NCBI GenBank assembly: GCA_963708045.1
Contig: OY970181.1
Coordinates: 971,042-1,035,041, forward strand
Direction of reading: 5' to 3'
Source of the DNA: an uncultured bacterium
GTDB lineage: Bacteria; Patescibacteriota; Patescibacteriia; CAIQCM01
DNA: 64,000 nt
The notes beneath the pieces were generated by a model, which searched no databases, was not told where the DNA came from, and saw only the letters and a list, made by a program, of their open reading frames with translations. Both the position numbers and the translations under genes were made by a program. Positions within the stretch are counted from its first letter, which is position 1; each line of letters starts with the position of its first letter. Of the stretch, positions 58,204 to 64,000 are shown one piece after another.

Positions 58204-60717
58204 TTATTTGATAATCCTAACCACGCCATTATCCGCGTCAACCTCCACAAGGTCGCCATTTTTAAGGACACTGGTTGCGTTTTTGGTACCGACAATGCAC
58301 GGTTTTTTTAGTTCGCGGGCAATTATGGCGGCGTGAGAAATTATACCACCTTCGTCCGTCACAAAAGCTGCCGCAAGCCGCATCGCTGGCGTGTAGTCCG
58401 GCATTGTCGTGATGGCGACCAAAATATCGCCTTCTTTTACCTTTGAAAGATCATTTTTACTTTGAACAATTACAACGCGACCAACCGCCTTGCCGGTAAA
58501 AGCAACTTTGCCAGCAATATTTATATTTTTTAATTCATTCTGACCGATAATCGCTTTAACTTTTTCAATTTTTTCCTTGTCGTAAAAAATATGCGAACCG
58601 TCATTTTCAAAATAATAAACATACTGACCAGAAATCCTTTGTTTAATTTCGCCAAGATCGGGCACTAATCCATTTTTCACAAAATCAACCAATTCCTTGT
58701 TTAAACAATTTGCAACCATCACCATTGTCCAGCTGTCCCCTGTTTTTTTAGATAACGCTTGCGCGATTTCGTAAAAAATTTTCCTAATACTTGTTTGCGT
58801 TTTTTTAAAACAATCCATCCGTTCTGCGCGAAGAAAACTATACGTAAAAAGAACTTCAGCAACTAATTTAAGTTCTTTGTTTTTAAACTTTTTTCTTAGC
58901 AAAGAATAAGCAAGTTTATTGCGTTTAACCTCTTCCAAAATTTGAGTTTTTTCCTTTTTCGCATCTTTGACGTTCAGTTTATTAGCTTCGTTAATAAAAT
59001 ATTTTTCGTCTAATAGCGGTTCAACGTATGAATATTCGCTATACCAAGCGTAACCATCAACAAGTTTTTTTAGTATTTTTTTATCCTTTTTACCGCTTAT
59101 TACAAAGTCATCAATTTTTATCCTCATTTTTTGAAAATCATTAAGCCGCGAAGGAGATGAAATAATCGCAAAAGCGCTAGCTGCGGCCGACGCTCCAAAT
59201 TCCTCAGAAAGAAGCTTTTGGCAATAAGGGTCTAATTTTTGTTCTATTACTGTTGGGGCGATTAAAAATTTGCCGAAATTTTTTGCAATCTCAAGCCATT
59301 GAAGATAAATTGACAAATTTTTTTTCAAATTATTTTTTGCCGCGCGGTTTGCTAATTTTACAATCTTGGACATTTCAACGATCCCAAAATTATATTCTTG
59401 CAGATGTTTTTTCCATCCGGCAAAAGTTGATAATTCATTAATGATTTTTTCGTGGCTACATTTAGTTCCAGCGTCATCAACATACATCGTTCTGCTTAAA
59501 CCATCCAAAGGTATGGTGACGCAAACGCCTTTATATACCGACCAAGCAAGTCCGCTTAATTCGTCCTTTTGTACGGCCATTGGCCGAGTAACAAATTTTT
59601 TTAGATTAGCAAAAAATTTTGGAATATCGTTTTTATCCGTATCATTATTTTTCTTCGTAACTCCAGCTTCGTAACGTCCTAAATAATTACTTTCCAAAAT
59701 TCGGACTACACCATTATCCACGTCCACTTCAACCAGATCGCCGTCGTTAAGAATTTGCGTGGCGATTTTCGTGCCGACAATGCAAGGGATCTTGAGTTCG
59801 CGGCAGGCGATGGCCGCGTGACAGGTCATACCACCTTCGTCTGTAACAACCGCGGCGGCGATTTTCATAATCGGCAGATATTCGGGATTAGTCATTTCGG
59901 TGACCACAACCTCGCCCGCCTTAAAATCTTTCATGTCAGCAAATGACAATATCTTTTTTACTTTGCCCGTAACAATACCTTTGTAAGCGATCCGTCCCTT
60001 AATTTCACCGTTCGCTTCTACCGACTGTTTTTCCAGGGCAAGATTATTTTTTAAAAGCAGGTCGTCTAACTCGCGAAGAGGGTAAATTTTTTCATTAAGC
60101 ATAACGCAACCAGCGACCCGTGCGCGGAACTTTGAAACAAATTCTTTCTTTTCTATATCAGAAAAATCTTTTACTTCACTAGGCGCAATGCAAAAAGAAA
60201 ACTCTTTTAGATCGGGGTAGCGGCGATCCCAAAATTCCGTGAGCAGCCGGCTCATTTTTTCGGTATATTTTTCCGAGGCGGCGCGATATTTAAGAATAAG
60301 CGCACGAACCTCGTCGGAAACTTCTTTAATATCCGGAACGGTAAAGACCGTGGTCATAGCCGACCACCAATCAACTAACCATTCATAATATTCGTGGAAT
60401 TCTTTAACCGTGACGATCTTTTTGTCGTGAATAAGATATGGCGCTAAATTTTTCCAATTACTATCCAGCGTCTTAACAACCAATGCCACAAAAGACGAAT
60501 CTTCGGTTAATTTATTTTTTAGCAACACATCAACTTCCGCCAATTCTTCCGGCGGATACCAAACAGAACCTTTGCGTCCAGGCGGCGGCACAATAAAAAG
60601 ATTATTTTTCACGTCATAATCCAAAAAGTTCTTCCACCCACGTCGGTCGCTGTCGTTCCATAGCAAAAAATACAGCAAGGGCTTTTCGCGCGAAAAAGTT
60701 TTTGCGAGTGTAATCAT
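58204..60717 (-). CDS. array paralog A8: a double-unit fusion (837 aa) with two swivel domains
   Basis: The internal domain ...[75 protein letters not shown] lies at about aa 255-345. The C-terminal one is ...[75 protein letters not shown]. Confidence 0.8.
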   Translation of the reverse strand: [837 protein letters not shown]

Positions 60718-60718
60718 T

Positions 60719-61750
60719 TTATTTATTTTTAATTCTCACAATCCCCTTTTCGGCATCCACTTCAACCAGGTCGCCGTCTTTAAATACTTTGGTAGCAACC
60801 CTAGTGCCGATGATGCAGGGCTTTTTTATTTCTCTTGAAATAATCGCCGCGTGACAGGTGATTCCGCCTTCGTCGGTGACAATCGCCGCGGCGCGTTTCA
60901 TTGCCGGTACAAGGTCAGGGACGGTCATCGGCGAAACTAAAATATCCCCTTCTTTAACTTTATCGGCTTCGGCGTTTAACCGAACGACTTTGACGACGCC
61001 GCGAGCAAACCCTTTAAACGCCACTCTCCCCCTTACTTCATTAGTCGCAAGCTCTTCCTTTTCTCTTTCAAATTTAAATTGCAAATTATTTTTCGCGAAT
61101 TCATTAAGGACTATTGTTTCATTCGCGATACCAGGAATATAAACCCAGGACATAAAACGTTTATTTAACAGGTCGTCCGAAATCCCGACGGAAATATCTT
61201 CAAACAGCATTGCGGCGGCTTTTTTGCTCTCAATATTCAGTACCTCGCCAATTCCCCGACGGATCGCGCGACTGCTGCTCGCAAAAAAATCATCTTTGTC
61301 ACGAACAACGAACGCCAGCGCCCGCAAATTATCGGCAAGCGAATCGTTGGTTGCGACAAAATACCAAACGGTGAAATAATCACAAGTCTCTGAAACCAAA
61401 TCAATGAACTCCAAAAGCTGTTTTTTTGTTTTAAACGGCTTGGCACCCAAATCAATGACGCGGTTATTTAGATCGTTATATTTAGATATAACATCGGGAA
61501 GAAATTTTGGGTCGCTAAGAACGCGATTTTTGATCGCATCACTCACCCAATCAAGCGACATCTTGTTCTCCCAGACTTCAATCATCCCCCGATCCATATA
61601 AAAAACATTGGGTGCTATGTAAGGATTACTCGCGCCAAGAATCTTTTTAAGACCGATAGTTTGTGACTTGAACCAAAAATCTTCCATGATCATACAATAA
61701 TCACGGGTGTAGCTTAAAGAAAATATTTGTTCTGAAGCAATATATGTCAT
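60719..61750 (-). CDS. array paralog A9 (short form, 343 aa)
   Basis: ...[76 protein letters not shown]. N-terminal motif [28 protein letters not shown] is homologous to A7's. Confidence 0.8.
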   Translation of the reverse strand: [343 protein letters not shown]

Positions 61751-63285
61751 GCTTTTTTCAAAATTTTTACAACACCACTATCCGCATTTACCTCAACCAG
61801 ATCGCCGTCGCGCAATACTCTGGTGGCGATTTTTGTTCCAGTGATACAGGGAATCTTTAATTCGCGCGAAACAATAGCCGCGTGGCAAGTAATCCCGCCC
61901 TCGTCCGTAACAACAGCGATGGCTTTTTTCATCAGCGGAACATATTCCGGTCGCGTCATTCCTGCGACAAGTATTTCCCCGTCAATAAATTTGGCATTTG
62001 AATTAACATTTAACACCACTCTAACAATCCCCCTAACTTTCCCTTTAAATGCCGGCTGCCCGTGAATAATATTTTGATTCACTCCCGAGACATGACCGTT
62101 TTTAAAATATGTATTTATTTTTTCTACATCAGAATCAATATTACAACTCTGAGCCTGAACGTTTCCTTCGTAAGGAACTAGCCATTCAAATCCATTTACT
62201 CTAGAAGCGAATTCGTGCGCGTTTGTTTTTAAATAATTAATTCCTTTTAATAGTTCATAAACGGAATAGTAAGGAATCAATTCACGCCCAACTTTTGCTT
62301 CGGCAAACATCCTTTCCGCGATCCGATAAATTATCGTCATTCCTTTGGCAAAAAAATTCTTTCTTCGATCCCGAATTTCCATAACAGTTTGCAAGTAGCG
62401 CGCAATAACCCGCTCGTTTTCTGGTAAACTACTAAGCCATTTCTCGTGCGCGGCGACAATCATTTCAAATTGAATTTTTTCCATTTCTAAAACCTGCGCC
62501 GCCAACTTAGGCTGATTAATATATTTTGCGTACCGTTCGTTTAAAACACTATCAACCTCGGCTAAGGTTTTTGCTGAGTGATAATCGGATAAAATATATT
62601 GACTCTGTTCTTTAATCATCTCCCAGCTGGTATTTTCTTTTACAAGCTTAAGAAAACTACTTAGCTGCGATTTATCAAAAGACTCAAAAGCAGGCTCGGT
62701 TGCTTTTTCCCACAAAACATCAAATTCTTTTTCGGTGATTGAATGTTTTTCTCGCTTTAAAATTTCAGCACATAATTGTTTGTCAAGAAAAACCGTAAAA
62801 TTAACAGCAGCATTCGCGTCCCACATTAGATCGCGAACTGTTTCAACAAGATAAAACAAAGTTTCCCAATTACTTTCGTTAATCAATTTATAAGTATATT
62901 GATCGTAGAGAGTATTTATTTTTTCTATATTTTCTACAAGACAATCGTTGCGGCGAGCAAAATAATTTTGATCGTTTAAATATTCGTGAAGGCCGTATTC
63001 GGCGGCAACCAAAAAATCTTCCTCGGGCAACCAAACTTGCGAAAACCCTTTTTTCATCAAAACAAGGAGACTATATCCAACCCGACCCTCATACCATTTC
63101 TTAAAGTATTTTTGGGTGTTGTATTCAGAGCCCTGCAAAAAAACAGAGTATCCATTCAAAGGCGGGTATAATTTTCCTTTTCCGACCAATTCTAAGAACT
63201 GATCGCATACTTTAAAATCAATTGGGTGGTGCACATCCAATTTTGACTTCCTATCAGATTTTTCAAATTTTTTGTCTGGTTCCAT
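61747..63285 (-). CDS. array paralog A10 (first gene of the array)
   Basis: ...[77 protein letters not shown]. ATGA overlap with A9. Confidence 0.8.
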   Translation of the reverse strand: [512 protein letters not shown]

Positions 63286-63330
63286 GAATCAAAAGATTAG
63301 CACGATTTTGTGACAAGACAAATCATTTCT

Positions 63331-63747
63331 TTATTTTGAGCCAAAAAAATATTGCCACCATTTTTGTGGGTTCGTGAGGTCGGAATTATCAGTGGTATCA
63401 ACTTTGCCAAAGGAAGACGCTTGGCCAAGACCGTTTGTCAGATAAATTTCTTTTTCCCCAGGATTTTGATAGCCAAGCGAAAGACGGGCTTGGCGCTCAA
63501 CAAAACTCTTGGTTCCGACTTTGCTAAGGAGTGCCGCGTCGTCGCGGTTTTTTATATCCAGCTCCATTGCTTGGCGCTTGAGGGCGGCTAACTGATTTTC
63601 CACGTCGTTCCCGCGCGTTGCTTCGCGCAAATAGCTCCAACCGACGAAACCAAAAATAACCAGGTTTATCGCGAGAAACCAGGTACTCGCAAAAATCGCT
63701 TTCCAACCGCGGTTTTTATTATTTATCCTGCGCATTGAATTTATCAA
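63331..63747 (-). CDS. FtsB/DivIC-like septum-formation protein (TM plus coiled coil)
   Basis: Single N-terminal TM followed by a coiled-coil segment QLAALKRQAMELDIKNRD. Confidence 0.4.
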   Translation of the reverse strand: MINSMRRINNKNRGWKAIFASTWFLAINLVIFGFVGWSYLREATRGNDVENQLAALKRQAMELDIKNRDDAALLSKVGTKSFVERQARLSLGYQNPGEKEIYLTNGLGQASSFGKVDTTDNSDLTNPQKWWQYFFGSK

Positions 63748-63997
63748 TTTTTTTGACGGGCGGGGTCATCTTTTTTACCGATGTGTAAAGCGCTTTCTTT
63801 TCGGTCGGTGAAAGCCGCTCGGCCGCATTCATAATATTTTCTACCGGATCGGTTGCTTGGGGCTTTCCCGACATTGCCGCCGAGCGCAATTGAGTAATCA
63901 CCTTGTGCGCGTAAGCTGGTAGGTAAAGATATTTAAAAGCGATATTTTCTTTTCCGCCCATTGTCTGAAAAGTTATCGTCCCGACGTTTGCGAGCAT
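63719..63997 (-). CDS. hypothetical protein (92 aa; may extend past the window edge)
   Basis: ORF overlapping the downstream FtsB-like gene by 29 nt. Confidence 0.3.
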   Translation of the reverse strand: MLANVGTITFQTMGGKENIAFKYLYLPAYAHKVITQLRSAAMSGKPQATDPVENIMNAAERLSPTEKKALYTSVKKMTPPVKKIDKFNAQDK

Positions 63998-64000
63998 TTC

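Noticed and set aside
47850-63285. Diversity-generating retroelement or phase-variation explanation for the paralog array
   Set aside because: There is no reverse transcriptase, no template/variable repeat pair and no simple-sequence contingency tract within the array. Divergence is spread over the whole N-domain, which fits old duplications rather than targeted hypermutation.
63286-63330. Possible promoter for the array (TTGTCA-17 nt-TTTGAT immediately before the A10 start)
   Set aside because: The -10 element is weak and directly abuts the ATG. The array may instead be co-transcribed from upstream of the FtsB-like gene, so no confident call is made.
1-64000. Search for CRISPR arrays, cas genes, an rRNA operon, intact insertion sequences, integrases and phage structural genes
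   Set aside because: No direct-repeat/spacer arrays, no recognisable Cas, integrase, terminase or capsid motifs and no rRNA-like segments were found. The only mobile-element trace is the IS1595 transposase remnant.

Overview
This 64-kb window is gene-dense (about 90% coding) and almost entirely minus-strand. The reduced gene content, the compact UvrC/UvrA and DnaX, pilin-like proteins with lectin-type domains, overlapping gene starts and apparently biased tRNA content suggest a Patescibacteria/CPR-like (ultrasmall) bacterial genome, though this is inference from the sequence alone. Housekeeping genes include mraZ-rsmH-ftsL, uvrB-uvrA-uvrC, dnaX (apparently frameshifted), znuAB-like metal uptake, a VKOR/DsbA disulfide pair beside Cys-rich secreted proteins, rsmE, a P-type ATPase, glycerate kinase, a SpoU methyltransferase, a DEAD-box helicase, tgt, dCMP deaminase, msrA, TspO, mscL, a histidine kinase with three orphan receiver proteins, ftsEX, a pseudopilin and four tRNAs (Gln-CTG, Gln-TTG, Thr-CGT, Gly-CCC). 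The stand-out feature is a 15.4-kb co-directional array (47850-63285, minus strand) of ten tightly packed, diverged paralogous genes. Each ends in a PEP-utilising-enzyme 'swivel' phosphohistidine domain (GG-I-T-C/[17 protein letters not shown]...[11 protein letters not shown].I), eleven such domains in total. The best-aligned pair also shares a Trp-containing motif in the N-terminal region; recurrence of that motif in the other units is much less certain. No copy has a recognisable PEP-synthase/PPDK ATP-grasp domain. An HD phosphohydrolase and a small SAM methyltransferase are embedded in the array, one gene is a double-unit fusion, and a decayed copy lies 28 kb away. Other non-genic structure includes a roughly 115-nt hairpin-rich repeat family (4.5 copies), an 75-nt palindromic element in both spacers of the uvr operon, a GCGACGT-type heptamer repeat that also recurs inside dnaX, an IS1595-type transposase remnant, and a DUF559 endonuclease gene bracketed by inverted hairpins.
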